Part shown: positions 50,620 to 63,509 of the stretch, one piece after another
Layout of the letters: every line of letters starts with the position of its first letter
How positions within the stretch are numbered: position 1 is the stretch's first letter
Translations under genes and position numbers: made by a program
DNA from: Camelus ferus
Lineage: Eukaryota
DNA length: 64,000 bases
NCBI RefSeq assembly: GCF_009834535.1
Contig: NC_045712.1
Span: forward strand, 10,726,001 to 10,790,000
Direction of reading: 5' to 3'
Notes under the pieces: model-generated
Seen by the model: only the letters and a program-made list of their open reading frames with translations
The model's database searches: none
What the model was told of the DNA's origin: nothing

Positions 50620-51670
50620 ATAACCCTAACTTCCCTTTGGGGAACTACTCTCCTTACAATGTTAGTCTGATGTTTTGGATGGAGCTGACCCCACCCCTTG
50701 GAAACAGAGATGATATGATCACACTTATCCAGTCAGATCACTCTGTTTCTCTGGAGGTCAAAGATTGCTGCAAGAAAAAAAAAATATTAGCTATTCCTCT
50801 CATTGAGAAGTATCATTCCCCTCCTGCTGAAACTGGGCTGGTCCTAGCGACCAACCAAATGCAGCAGAAGTGATATTCTAGGATTTCTTAAGGTGGGTCA
50901 TAGACAGACAGTCTGGTGGTTTCTACCCATGCTTCTTGGAATCCTCCCTCTGGGATTCCTGCTCCATCTTGTTCAAAGTTCGACTACCCTGAGACTTCCA
51001 CGCTGGGAGGCAGAGACACATTGTTGATCATCCCGGCAGAACCCATCTTTCCACCCACTCACTTCAGGCCAAGGTAAATGAGCCATTTTGGACCAGACCA
51101 GTCCAGTCTAGTCACCAGCTAACTACCACACTGTGACCTCTGTCAGTGTCATCTGAAACAGAAAAATCAACCTGCTGACACATCCAAAATACTAATAAAA
51201 TCATAGGACATAATAAAACTTCTATTGTTTTAAGCCACTAAATGTTGGGGTCATGATGTAGCATTAAAAACTGGAACAATCTCTTTGGCCACAATGACTG
51301 GTTTGGAGATGGGCTATGATCTGAGTCAACCAATGACACTCATTCCAGGAGTCTTGCTAATTCTATTGGGAAAAAGAAACTCTCCTTTCATTGTTAGGTG
51401 GTGACCTGGTAAGGTATGAAACTGGCTCTGCGGGTGGCATGTTTATTACTACTGGAGCACAGCTTGTTTGAAACAGGCCAACAGAGAAGAAAACAGTAGA
51501 AGTTTGGAGAGAGAGGGAGTGATGTCTGAAGACACTTGTAGCCTTGACCTTTTATTTCACAGCAAAATGAATTTTTTGTTTAAATCAATTGAATTTTCTT
51601 TCTTGCCACTGAGTACATTAAAAAAAAAAACAAACCTAAAAAAACAGCCTTCAAAACCACAGAACTGATA
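50620..51670 (+). mobile_element. Old MLT1 (J/K-like) LTR hosting MLT1H
   Basis: Left part cttccctttggggaactactctcc...; resumes after 51283 with ctttggccacaatgactggtttggagatggg...aaccaatgac. Confidence 0.6.
50752..51278 (+). mobile_element. MLT1H solo LTR
   Basis: cctctcattgagaag...aagttcgactaccctgag...ttgttttaagccactaaatgttggggt...aactggaaca; 5-bp TSD ttctc/atctc. Confidence 0.8.
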
Positions 51671-51675
51671 CTTAT

Positions 51676-52805
51676 AAATCCAAAGAGCCAGAGAGATAGA
51701 AGTAAAATGAATAAGAGGAACTACTCTCAATTAAAAGAACAAGAGAAGTTGTTGAAATTGAAAGAATGACCAATGAAATAGACCTCGATAGTCTACTATT
51801 TACTACTTTTTGAAGATCATGACTTCAAAAAGGGGGTAATAAAAGCACTAAAGGAAATAAGGGAACCCCATCCAAAAATGGGCAAAAGGACCTAAACAAG
51901 CAATTCTCCAAGGANNNNNNNNNNNNNNNNNNNNNNNNNNNNNNNNNNNNNNNNNNNNNNNNNNNNNNNNNNNNNNNNNNNNNNNNNNNNNNNNNNNNNN
52001 NNNNNNNNNNNNNNNNNNNNNNNNNNNNNNNNNNNNNNNNNNNNNNNNNNNNNNNNNNNNNNNNNNNNNNNNNNNNNNNNNNNNNNNNNNNNNNNNNNNN
52101 NNNNNNNNNNNNNNNNNNNNNNNNNNNNNNNNNNNNNNNNNNNNNNNNNNNNNNNNNNNNNNNNNNNTTACCATATGACCCAGGAATCCCGCTCCTGGGG
52201 ATAAAGCAGAAGGAACCCTACTTCAGGATGACACNNNNNNNNNNNNNNNNNNNNNNNNNNNNNNNNNNNNNNNNNNNNNNNNNNNNNNNNNNNNNNNNNN
52301 NNNNNNNNNNNNNNNNNNNNNNNNNNNNNNNNNNNNNNNNNNNNNNNNNNNNNNNNNNNNNNNNNNNNNNNNNNNNNNNNNNNCATTTGCAGCAACATGG
52401 ATGCTCCTGGAGAATGTCATTCTAAGTGAAGTAAGCCAGAAAGAGAAAGAAAAATACCACATGAGATTGCTCATATGTGGAATCTAAAACAAACAAACAT
52501 AAATACAAAACAAAAACAGACTCATAGACATAGAATATAAACTTGTGGTTACCAAGGGGGCTGAGGGTGAGAAGGGATAGACTGGGATTTCAAAATGTAG
52601 AACAGATAAACAAGATTATACTGCATAGCACAGGGAAATATATACAAGATCTTATGGTAACTCACAGAGAAAAAAATGTGACAATGAATATATATATGTT
52701 CATGTATAACTGAAAAATTGTGCTCTACACTGGAATTTGACACAACACTGTAAAATTATTATAAATCAATAAAAACGTTAAAAAAAATTAAAAAATAAAA
52801 CAAAA
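51676..52805 (+). mobile_element. Camelid-type L1 with ORF1 start fused to ORF2 end, 3' UTR and A tail
   Basis: MNKRNYSQLKEQEK...ERMTNEIDLDSLL...DHDFKKGVIKALKEIR joined to aaccccatccaaaaatgggc; N-runs 51915-52167 and 52235-52383. Confidence 0.8.
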
Positions 52806-52839
52806 TTTAACCTCTCAATTGCACTAGGTACATTCTAAG

Positions 52840-52932
52840 GACTTAAGAACTATATTTGGCTGTGGGTACCATGTTGGACAGTACAGAATAGAGTATTTCT
52901 ATCACTACAGAAAGTTCTATTGGACAGCACTG
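52840..52932. mobile_element. MER3-type hAT MITE fragment
   Basis: Reverse complement ccagtgctgtccaatagaactttctgtagtgatagaaat...ctgtccaacatggta. Confidence 0.75.
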
Positions 52933-53084
52933 GCTTACCGTACCCAATATTCCATCTGCCCAGCATTTATCAGACAGCCCACCTACACCATCACCAGCAG
53001 CAACCCTGCCCTTCCTGAAGGAGTTAGCAACTCTGATCACTACATCTTTTTCATGTCTTATGCTCATCAGTATGAGGCCCTTCT

Positions 53085-53240
53085 GGAGGTCATGTAAAGT
53101 GGAATTGAAATCATAAGAAGACCTGGATTCTAATCCCATGTCTGATACTGAAGTAGGTGACAACTTCAGCCAATCATGTTTGTTATTAAATTGAAGATTC
53201 TCACCTGTAAAGTGGGAATACCACTCACTATACACAGTTG
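53085..53240 (+). mobile_element. MIR SINE
   Basis: agaagacctggattctaatccca...tctcacctgtaaagtgggaata. Confidence 0.6.
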
Positions 53241-53384
53241 TTGTTGAGACTGTAGGAGAGAACATTGGTGCTTTGAAAAATGTACAAAGGTCAAGATTAA
53301 CAAAGCTCTTGAAAAATTAATTTTTTTTCTCAACAGGAACTTGTCAAGATCCAATTTTATAGTTAACCCAGTCAAGATCATGAG

Positions 53385-53620
53385 CTCTGACACTGGATAA
53401 AACGATTATTTTTTAAAATTTGTTTTAAATCCCATTTGAGTCACTTACTACCTGTCCAATCTTGGACAAATTTTTAAGCCCTCTTAACCCCATATTCATC
53501 ATAAAACTGAAGGCAAGAAACCACCTAATAGTGATGCTGTGCTGATGAAGTGAGGTAACTTGATTTTAGAATTGTCACTGGCGCACAGAATGGACTGAAA
53601 ACCATCAGCTAACCCTTCTG
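53385..53620 (+). mobile_element. MIR SINE
   Basis: aaatcccatttgagtcacttactacctgtccaatcttggacaaatttttaagcc. Confidence 0.6.
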
Positions 53621-53964
53621 GCCCCTGGGTGTCCCACAGGCCACTGCATGGCTTTCAATCAGTATATAGGCAAGGTGGTTCCAGGAGTGTATCTGGACTT
53701 CTGATGGTGGGTAAAGAAAATTACAGAGAGCTAATGATACTAGTATCTAAGTTTTTAAAAGTACTTTTTTTTTTTTTAAGCTCGTTGCTCCTTATGCGTT
53801 ATATTGATAAAATAGTCTCTACTTTTAAAAGTGAATGAAGAATTTTTTAAAGAGTAAGTTTTGTGCAAGTGCCTGGGTTCTACACTGTGCGAAATCTAAG
53901 TCCACTGTATGAGGAGAGAAACAGAACGCACTCTGTAAGCAGAGCGGCAGGTCGCGCCGCTCCG

Positions 53965-54230
53965 TGGCTGCATGGGAAGAGATTGGGACTTGAGCGGCGG
54001 GATCAGCGAGGCCTAGGTTTATGCCGCTTGGATTAAGGTATGTGACGTCTGTAAACCTTGGTGGTGTCCTCTTTCGTCAAACAGGAATAATCATAGTGTT
54101 CCTGCCTCAGAGGGTTGTTTGAATGATTATATATTAAACAGTTACTATAGAAAGAACTTAGAGGAGGGCCCGTCATATGTAAGTGCAATAAATGTTATTA
54201 ATCAGGATGATGATGGTCGTCACTTACATT
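53965..54230 (+). mobile_element. MIR SINE with a CpG-rich 5' end
   Basis: ctctttcgtcaaacaggaataatcatagtgttcctgcctcagagggttgtttgaatgatta...aagtgcaataaatgtta. Confidence 0.6.
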
Positions 54231-55359
54231 ATCCAGAATCATAACTGGTACATAACAGGTGCTCAGGTAAATATTGGATGTCACCTACTATTTTCTACCA
54301 TAATTCTAAAATGATTTATTTCATTTTAATTTTGACTTAAACTATATTGAGAGTTACAATAAAGACAGACAAATGATTTCAGTAAATTAAGTTTATCTAA
54401 GGTACCTAAGACTACCAGGAAAAAGTTAAATGGTTGTAAATCTGGGGAATATTAATCTTATTTTACGAGTAATATTCTTTTAAAATTTAAAACTGTGCAT
54501 TGTTTTTTTTCACCATGTAATTCTTAATATCTATGTTCTTAGAGTAATTAAGAGATTCCTCAAAATCATTTTACAGGATGAAAAACTCATGATATTTACC
54601 CAGCTCACACCCCACTGCCTCTATTTAATTAATTTAGATTTTATTGTTTTTGATATAAGAAAAATGATTACCTTTTCCAGTGTATCTCTAACCAAGTTCT
54701 AGAAGGAATACGAAATTTCAACTTGTCTGCTCCTAGAAATACGTGATTAGCAACCCAGTGAAGCTATGAAGATAATTACGTTAATCACATTTATGGCAAC
54801 TGCATTTGCTAATAGTGTTATTTTCACACTTCTTTTCAGACCTATTGCTTCATGTTTAAATTCATCACAGCAAAGGGCTGAGCCTTATTTCCATATTTAT
54901 TGCCATCCAGATCCTGATACTATATGTTTATTTAAAAAACAGCAATGGGTGTAATCTTGAATGCGCAAAGCAAATGAAATATGATTGCAAAAGATCTAAT
55001 GAGTTTTTTCCCCTTTCAAGGGGCAAGGCAATAGCTGGCAGAGTGGAGAGATGTATTTGCATTTGAGTCTCCTTAATATACATCCTGGAAAAATCAATAC
55101 AACAGGTACTTGACCTTCCTCTTGTTCTTCTGAATAAGCAAGAACACACTGAAATCAAAAGGTATAAAATCATAAGGAATGCAACGAACTGATTTACATT
55201 AGGGAGCAAATTTCTAACTCATACTTATCTGATAGCCAAAGAAGAATAAGAACTTGCCTATTTCTTCCCCTTACTCTTTGGTAGAGCTCAATAAATCTGC
55301 CAGTTCCCTGCATTTTTATTTTTGTTTTATTCATGTTTTCTCTTTACTATGCAAAATGA

Positions 55360-55560
55360 TACAGGGGAAGGAACATTGACTTGGGAGTCCAAATTCCCCA
55401 GTGTAAGTCTACAGTCTATTGTTAATTAACTGTGTCACCTTGTTTGACTTACTCAACTTCTTTGAGTCTCCATTTCTGTATCCTAAGAAGTGGGTGAACT
55501 CTGAATTTTTAATACAATATAAAATTTGGTAATATCACATGGATAGTTAGGAGCATAGAT
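55360..55560 (+). mobile_element. MIR SINE
   Basis: ggaacattgacttgggagtcc...ctgtgtcaccttgtttgacttactcaacttctttgagtctccatttctgtatc. Confidence 0.65.
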
Positions 55561-55829
55561 GCCCTGACACGTGACCGGGATGTGTGATGGAACATGCAGT
55601 CAGCAATGAATGGCCCTCTGGGATAACGAGGAAGCGAGCTACTCTTCAGCAGACAGGAGGATGAAATTGTGCTTCCTCTAGCTCCAGGTGGTATGAACGG
55701 GACAGAATTTTCTCTTCAGAATTCTCTACTTTCTGAGTGGAAGCAAAATTATCAAAGGGAGGCTCTGTACATGTGCGTCTGTGTATGAGTGTGTATGTGT
55801 GATCATACGATCATCTGATCATCTGAAAG

Positions 55830-56250
55830 TCTCCGAGTGCCAGGCACTGGAGATACAGGGATGGCCAAAGTGCTGTCCACCTTCATCCTCTGAGCTCCTC
55901 AAAGTCAAGGGGAGACAGTTGAGTTAATGGGCAATTGCAATTTCGTGTAATTAGTTCTGTAGCAGAATAAGCAGCGCAGGTAAAGGGCACCAGAAGGTCT
56001 TGGAGGGTGATTAGGAAGATTTCTGTTAGGAGATAGTGATGCAAAGGAGGAAAGGAAGGAGCACTGGAGCAGAAGGACCACCTTTGCAAATGCCTAAACA
56101 TGAAAAGCAGCAAGGAGGTGGGGACAGATCATTAAGGATCTGAAAAGGCATATTGATGGCACTGGATTTTATCCTGTGATCATGGGGACTCCAAGTTACG
56201 TATAACATGGGTCTCTTCCACTCTGAGTCCAGAAAGGACATAAACTAGTT
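55830..56250 (-). mobile_element. L2 fragment
   Basis: agcactggagcagaaggaccacctttgcaaatgcc...cagatcattaaggatctgaaaagg...ggattttatcctg. Confidence 0.6.
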
Positions 56251-57919
56251 GTAAAAGCCCTCTGGAACCAGATGCCTCGGCAAAATGGGTCTGGTTCCTT
56301 TCAGCCTCATTTTATTCTCCGTTTCAAGATCCTATTTTTTTGCAATGCATCTCCCATCTCCTACCTCCTGGGCAGTGTCCACATTCTGGGGAACCTTCCT
56401 TTACTTTTCCTTGTGTAAGTTCCCTGACATTTTCTGAACGGGAATGAACAAGAAAGTACTCTCACGGGATAATGGCTGATGAGACTAGATATACTACCTT
56501 TCCAAGGGGCTTTGGGTTTTTAAAACAATTATGCTCCTTCATATCTATGGCGGGTGGCTCTCCCATGTTTCCAGGAACATACTTTGACCTTCAGTGTCTG
56601 CTTAATAGAACGCCACTCTTCTAACCTTCTACGAGCAGCAAGACACACTCTGTGCCTAGCACCATATAACTCACACATTTTATAATCTGAAAGCCTTTTC
56701 TCATAAACTTTGTTTGTAAGTAGACATCCTCAGCTTCATCAGGAGTGACACTTATTTCTTGATCATAGTTTGATCCTTTGAGGATTGTGATACACCTGTG
56801 TATCATAGCACAAGGGTTAAACTACCAACCCTGGACCTTGCTGCCTTTGGAGATACTTCTGCTTTTACTGGCCGCTGATATTTTTGGTGATGAAGATGGG
56901 GAAACTTTTAAAGCTCGTTAGCTTAAAGGTTAAGAGGTTGGATGGTAAATCTGTAATAAGGGGATAAGAAGAGGGTTGGCAGCCACCATTCCGATTTGGT
57001 AGAGGATTTCCTTTGCCTTTTAAAGAGACTGAGTCAGATGTCAGGACACTGATATATGGTGACATGAAAGGGACAGCTGCAGGTCTCTTGTGATTGTGTG
57101 CTGTGTGGACCAGGTGAAACTCATCAAACCAGTGAAAGGCCCTGTGGCAGATGGGGCAGGAATGATGTGGCTGCCATGCTTGAGTCCAAGTTACAATTCT
57201 AGTTAAGGTGCGCTGGGAACACAGTCTGAGCCCGGGGAGGTCGTCCCCAGCACCATGGCAGATAAACGCGTACTGCCTGCTCGGCCAACAATTTGTGCCA
57301 AGAGCAACTCAGCTTAGAATGAGGGCAAAGGAGCCCTGCTAGTTTTTAGAACAAAGGTCTAGGAAGCCGTTTCTCGTAGGCTCCACCAAGTGAGCTGGGC
57401 TAGGGGAGCTTGGGTGTACAGGACAGATCCTTGTGGAAAAATGCCTAAGAGGATATACAAACTCCATCGCTGGAAAGATTTACCCTTCCCTTTTTATGTG
57501 GTTGTACATAAATGAGACTAAAATGTAGTTATTCATCTTTTCCTGGTCCCTTCACCACAAATTTATGCTTTAAACATAGACCCCTCCGAAAGAAAGCACT
57601 CCATTAAGTAAAATTCAGTTTGCTGTGCAGTGGATTAACTTTTTTCCTGTGATTATCAAGTTTATCCAGATTCAATGATGATGATGACCATGGCCATCGC
57701 CATCCTGGTGGTTAACACCATCACCAATTACTTACTGAATCATTCTTTCTGCATTTCAAATTTCATTTGTGTTTTAAATATAAAAAGAAATCCATCAGAG
57801 CCGTTTCACTGGCTTCCTTTCCAAAATACGTATTATTAAAAAAAGATGCCTCTTGTGGGAGAAATGGACACATATTAGCTTTTTGCCAGAAAGGTTACCC
57901 TGGCAGGAATGATCCTTGA

Positions 57920-58455
57920 AAATTTTTTTTAAATTATAAAGATGAAATTCACATACCTAAAACACACTATTTTTGCCATTTAAAAGTATACAATCCAGTG
58001 GATTTTAGTGCATACGAAATGTACAACTATCACAACTACCTAGTTCAAGAACATTTCCATGATTTCAAAGGAAACCCTGTTCTCATTAAGCATCAGTCCT
58101 CACCCCTCTCTCATCACAGCTCCCGACAACCACTAGGCTTCTTCCTGTCACTAAAGATTTGTCTATTCTGGATACTGCATATAAATGGAATAATAGTGTA
58201 TGCGGCCTTTTACATATGACTCTCTCAAAAAACATACTTTCAAAGTTCATCCATGTTCTGGCATGTTTCAGTACCTTATTCCTTTTTATGGCTAAATAAC
58301 AGTCTACTCTATGGTGGTATCACAGTTTACCTATTTATCCACTGATGGATATCTGGATTATTTCTACCTTCAGGCTATTAGGAGTGTCACTGCTAGGAGC
58401 ACTTGTGTAAGAAATCCGATTTGAATATAGTTTCAGTTCCTTTGGGTCCTGGAGT
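57920..58455 (-). mobile_element. L1MB 3' UTR
   Basis: gatgaaattcacatac...atttaaaagtatacaatccagtggattttagt...gatttgtctattctggatactgcatataaatggaataat. Confidence 0.85.
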
Positions 58456-59089
58456 GACTTTAAGGTTTGGTTTTGAGTCTTCGGACTTGTCAAGACCAGT
58501 TCTGGCAACACCAGAGTGTTCTGCATGTTATGTGTCTAAGAGCATTAAGGAGGAGCTGTTTGATTTGGCAGGATTAAGGTAGCGGAGTCAGGGAGGGAGG
58601 TGTAAACAGAAAGAGGAGGCTGGGTCTTCCATTAATAAATATAAATTTCTCGTAATTTGCTATATTGCCAGGCGTTTGAGATTGTATCTACTCGCCTATA
58701 ATTATTAGACTGACCGTCTATATTCATTTGTGTTTCCAGGAATGTGTTCTGTTTCTCTCCAGTTACTCAATGTTTAGCAATTCACCAACTGTCTGAAATA
58801 ATTAGGACTAATCATCACAAATCAGGATATGTGGGCCCGGCATCTATTAACAACTCTTTCGTGTTTGATGACAGTCTTCGTTTCTGTGTGTTTTAAAGCA
58901 CAAGAAGACCCATACTTATTTTTCCTGACAGATGTTAAAAAGTGTAATTATAATACTTATCTGTAAAATGGAGTGAATAATAGGGTTAGTGTGAGGATTA
59001 AGTAATTTAAGAACCTTTAAATTAAAAGACATCGCCCTTAATGAGTCGCTCATTGTTATCATCATTACTCTTCATTCCACACACAGCAG

Positions 59090-59630
59090 GAAAAGCAGTA
59101 TTTTAAAAAGTCAATCAAACCATGTCATCCATTTGCTTAAAACCCTTCACTGTCTTTCCAAGTTTACTAACTCAGTAAAGAATCCGCATGTACGAAGACC
59201 CTGCCTGGATGACTGGGCCTCTGACTTCCCAAATGTTTTTGGAGTGTTTTTCTTCTTGCTTACCCTGCTCCACCCACACTGGCTTTAATTCCTAGAACAG
59301 AGTAAGATTTCCCTGCTGCAGGGACTTGGCACCAGCCTTTTCCTCTGCTGGGAATATTTGTCCTCTAAGCTTCTCTTGGCTTTTTGTGGAACTTTGCCTT
59401 GATAGTGCTTTCTCATAGCTGCCTTTTGCTAAAGGAGATCTTCCATTATTAATCTCTATTTCTTCTCCCTTTTCTGGAGTCAGATGATAGCCTAATTGTA
59501 AGTGGTAGTGATTTTATTTCATTACCCACTGACTACTGTTTTGTTCATCCTCCCAAGTCTCTCGAAAGATCGGTATCTAGCAAAGTGTTTAGATATTCAT
59601 GATACATATTTAAAATATTTTCTAAATAAA
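59090..59630 (+). mobile_element. L2 3' region
   Basis: atcaaaccatgtcatccatttgcttaaaacccttcactgtctttcc...gcagggacttggcaccagccttttcctctgctgggaat. Confidence 0.7.
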
Positions 59631-60126
59631 TAAAATCTCCAAGTAGTTTTTAATTTCCATTTCTGGAAATTAGAGTTAAATAATTATTTTATAAATGTAA
59701 CTACTTTATACATTATCATGGTAGGTATCATCAATTCTTTTATCATAATGACATTTTTAAATTATTTATTTGTTCCTTTGCATATTTTATTTCTCTTCAG
59801 TCCTCAAAGGATTTGAGATGACAAGTTTTTGAAACTTGTGTATGACCTCAATTCACTTAAGGCGTGTTTTGACTTGGCAGTATTCGTTTTTAAGTAGAAT
59901 CAAGAAAAGAGGAAATTAAGAGTGAAAAGATCTAAATTCTGTACTAAATATTTGAAAGCACTTAGCTTCCTAGAATAATTTTCCCATTCTTTTCATAGCT
60001 GAATCTCAATTTCCTTTTGAGAATCACCCCACTGCTACTCCCCATCCATGTGCTTCACGTGTGGGCATGTGACTTTTTTTGGCCAATCACAAACCACTGT
60101 CTTCTGGTCACAGTGACTACTTAGAA

Positions 60127-60341
60127 TAGGAATTGGCACACTTTTTTCTATAAGAGGCCACACACTAAATATTTTGCCCTTGCAGGCTACACAGTGTCTG
60201 TCCAACTCCTCAGCTCTGCCATTGCATCATGAAAGCAGCACAGACGATATGTAAACAAACATGGCTGTGTTCCAATAAAACTTTATTAACAACTGGTGGG
60301 GGACCAGAGTTAGTCTGTGGATTGTAGGTTGCTGATCCCTC
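60127..60341. mobile_element. MER58A hAT MITE
   Basis: taggaattggcacacttttttctataagaggcc...catggctgtgttccaataaaactttatt...gttgctgatccctc. Confidence 0.8.
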
Positions 60342-60349
60342 ACTCAGAG

Positions 60350-60633
60350 CACTGGTCCTCAAAGTGTGACAGTTTGTTAGGGGTCTACAATAAGATAAGT
60401 GCAGAAACTGAGAGTAAATGTTTACAAAATTTTATATCACTTTGACAGAGTAAATTTATGTTTGTGAAATCTAATAAGAACTTGGGCTTGTATTTTGTAA
60501 ATCCATTTTCCTTTCATTTTTATGCTAATTCGTTTTTAATCGCATTTTACAAAATTATTGGCTCAAGATATATTGGATATTTTTTAAAAGAATAATAAAA
60601 AGTTCTTCATGATGGAGAGTTTGAGAAGCACCA
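60350..60633. mobile_element. hAT-Charlie MITE (subfamily not assigned)
   Basis: cactggtcctcaaagtgtg...gataagtgcagaaactgagagtaaatgttt...gagtttgagaagcacca with Charlie-type termini. Confidence 0.7.
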
Positions 60634-62324
60634 GCTTAGAACACAACATGACTTAGGCCAAACTCATCAGCCTGAACCAAGCTGACCCCAAGACTCACAT
60701 GAAGAGACTCATTTTCTGCCTTGGCACTTAAACCCAGAAACGTGTGAGCCTGGAGCTGTCAGGGACCACCTCAAGGAAGGAAATATATTGGAAGGCACAA
60801 CCAAGAGGTAGGACCTGAGCAAGATGACACCATTTGAGACCTTGATAAAACCTGTTACTGTTTACTTGTGTTTTGTCTGTTTCCCCAACTAATAAATTTT
60901 ACCACTGGACTTTGCTTGTATATAAGCCAAAAAACTCCCCCTTCTCCTTAAAAAAAAAAAAAAAAAAAGCCAGCTGGCACGGTATTTTCTGTCACTTGTA
61001 ATCAAGAGAAGCCTGACAAATACAAATTTGCTTACCTTTTCATTCCATTAACTAATTGTGAGATATTGGGAGAATCACCTCCCTTTTTCATATATTCATT
61101 TCCCCATCTGTAAAAATAATGGGGTTTTACCAAATAATACCTTATTACTATTAGAATTTTAAGATGTACTATTATATTTACCTTTTTATGGTTAATTATT
61201 TATGTTCTAAATTTAACAGATGAATTTAAGAATTTTAGTTTGTAGTGTGTACTCTGAGAAAAAAAGAAAGAATCCCAAAAAGAAAAATAAAAAGTAAAAA
61301 TACCCTCCCTTCCGAGAATTTAAGTTTCAGTTATGTCATTGCCAAAATACTTTAAGAAAAATTTGAATGTTTCAATAAACAAAACGTTTAAAAGAAATTA
61401 ACATATAAAGAGTTTCCATGGAAAATACTGCTCCAAATATTTGTTATTCCCCTCAGTTTGGCCCTGACAAACAAAATGAGTTCCTCAGTATAAATGAAAA
61501 TTCTGCATGAATCTCAAAAGATATTTTAATACCCAGGCTGCTTTATGAGAGTTGGGAGAAAATGTATCTCTTTGATGATTTCTACAGTTCCATTTTAATG
61601 ACATGAAGTTGACTTTTTGGCTTTGACCAGGATAAAGGAAAAAATTGTTGCAAAAGCAGGAGAGAAGACATTTACTTCTAGGCTCCAGCCAATCCATGTC
61701 AAAAATCCCATTTGCTGGAGATGGGCTTTCAAGGTCCCAGTACCCAGTAAGTATTTAAAAAAAAAAAAAATCTCCTGGACTCATGAAAGTCCCCAAAGAC
61801 CATTTTGAAGCCAATCACCCCGGCAGCTGAATGCCTAGACACAGGCTTGACTTCAAATGTTTCCTTCTACGTGATGGCCCCTAAAAACCACCAAAAAACT
61901 TTGGGAGGTAATTTTAAGATCCAAAATAGGCTTTTAAAAATCCTCCACTTGAACCAGCTTTTGAAGGAAAGTTATCTTTGAGTCTTCAAACTGTCTCACA
62001 TTTCCAGTGACAGCCTGATCTGTGCAACTACCACGTTTTCAGGCAGGGGTCCCCTTGGCCTTTTTTTTCTGCTTAAAATAATAAACTCTGCTTTAGAGAG
62101 ATGCAGCCTTTTGGACCCACTGAGCCACAGTGTGCTTTTCTAATCTGGTATTCATATTTTGCACAGCTGTATCACTGTATCCACCTCTCCACACCTGTTT
62201 ATCCCTGTGATTTTTAACCCAATGTTTGTAGATTATAAGTATCTTTGAGAGTGGGGACATGAAGTAATTCCTTTTTGAATCCCTGTGCCTGGCTCAACAG
62301 ATATGTGTGGAATGAATGATTACA

Positions 62325-62590
62325 AAATAATAATACTTATTATGATCGAAGATTCTCTCCATTCCAAGTGCTAGTACAAATACTTTCCATACTTCTAATC
62401 CTCACTGCAACCCCATGAGGTAGACACTATTCTTATGCCCATTTTACAGATGAGGAAACAGAGGCACAGAGAAGTGATTTGTCCAAGGTCATACATCAGC
62501 CAGTAAGTGCTGAGGCAGGATTCAAATTCTGACTCAAAATCTCTTACTTTTTTCACGATATTGAGGACTGAACTGCAAGCCACGGTTAGT
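62325..62590 (-). mobile_element. MIR SINE
   Basis: caaccccatgaggtagacactattcttatgcccattttacagatgaggaaacagaggcacagagaag...ccaaggtcatac; well-preserved core. Confidence 0.9.
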
Positions 62591-62849
62591 GACGAGTGTA
62601 CTTAGTACCAAGAAAGGGATTGGTAATCTGAGTCATGAAAGGTAATGCTCTCTGGATTAGCATCAGATCCAAGAGGATCCTTTGAAAAATTCCATTAGTT
62701 AGCTACCTATTGAGGATAATCATCCAGTGGCGGGTGACTCCTGAGTATTTCTCTCCATTTATGCTTCCGCTTCCTGGTTCAAGCTATTATTCTCTTCCTC
62801 CTGGGCTAGGGCTAGTGCCTCTAACACACATACCCCTCAAGTCCTTTCT

Positions 62850-63420
62850 ATACCCAGCCACCTAAACAAACAAACACACCTTCTGACTACGTCAATTCCC
62901 TACTCTAAAACCTTCACCCTATTCTGCATACTCTTAGGAAAAAGTCAAAATCCTCATCTGACTGTAGAAAGTCCAGCTTACTTTTCCAGGATCCTATCAA
63001 GCTTCTTTCCCTGTATGTAGTCACTCTCTGTCTACTTTCATTTCCTGGAGGAAACGTGCTCTTTCCTAGTTCAGGATGTTTATTCAGGCTGATTCTTCTG
63101 CCAGCCATACCTACAGCCCCATGTTTCCTCCCACCCCACCGTGTCACTCTGACCTGCTGGTATATATATGTCTACTCATCCTTCCTTTTGGTCTCAGACT
63201 GGCAAGAAAGGGCTTTCTTGGTACATCTCAATCTCAGATCATATTAGATTCCTCTAATTTATAAAAGCATAGCCTTGTCTTGCTTCTTTCTTTTTTCAAC
63301 TCTCATTATACCCTTATGATGACTTGTTGAATATCTGCCTGCCTTCCCTGTCGTATCTCCAGTATCTATCCTAAGATCTGTCATACTGCTGATACTCCAT
63401 AGCTGCTGAATGTATTAATG
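62850..63420 (+). mobile_element. L2 3' region
   Basis: aaaaccttcacccta...actcttaggaaaaagtcaaaatcctc...tgcctgccttccc...gctgctgaatgtattaatg. Confidence 0.6.
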
Positions 63421-63509
63421 GGCATATGTTAAATAATTAAAATTGTTACTTCTAAGAGCCATTACCTTAGAGGTGATAAAAAGGCTTAAACTATGTCTTG
63501 AAAATGTGA

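Larger units (their letters stand above)
60020..61022 (+). mobile_element. MLT1 (K/L-like) LTR hosting two hAT elements
   Basis: gggcatgtgact...ggccaatcac...ggtcacagtgact; resumes at 60642 and ends ttctgtcacttgtaatcaagagaagcctgacaaataca. Confidence 0.7.
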
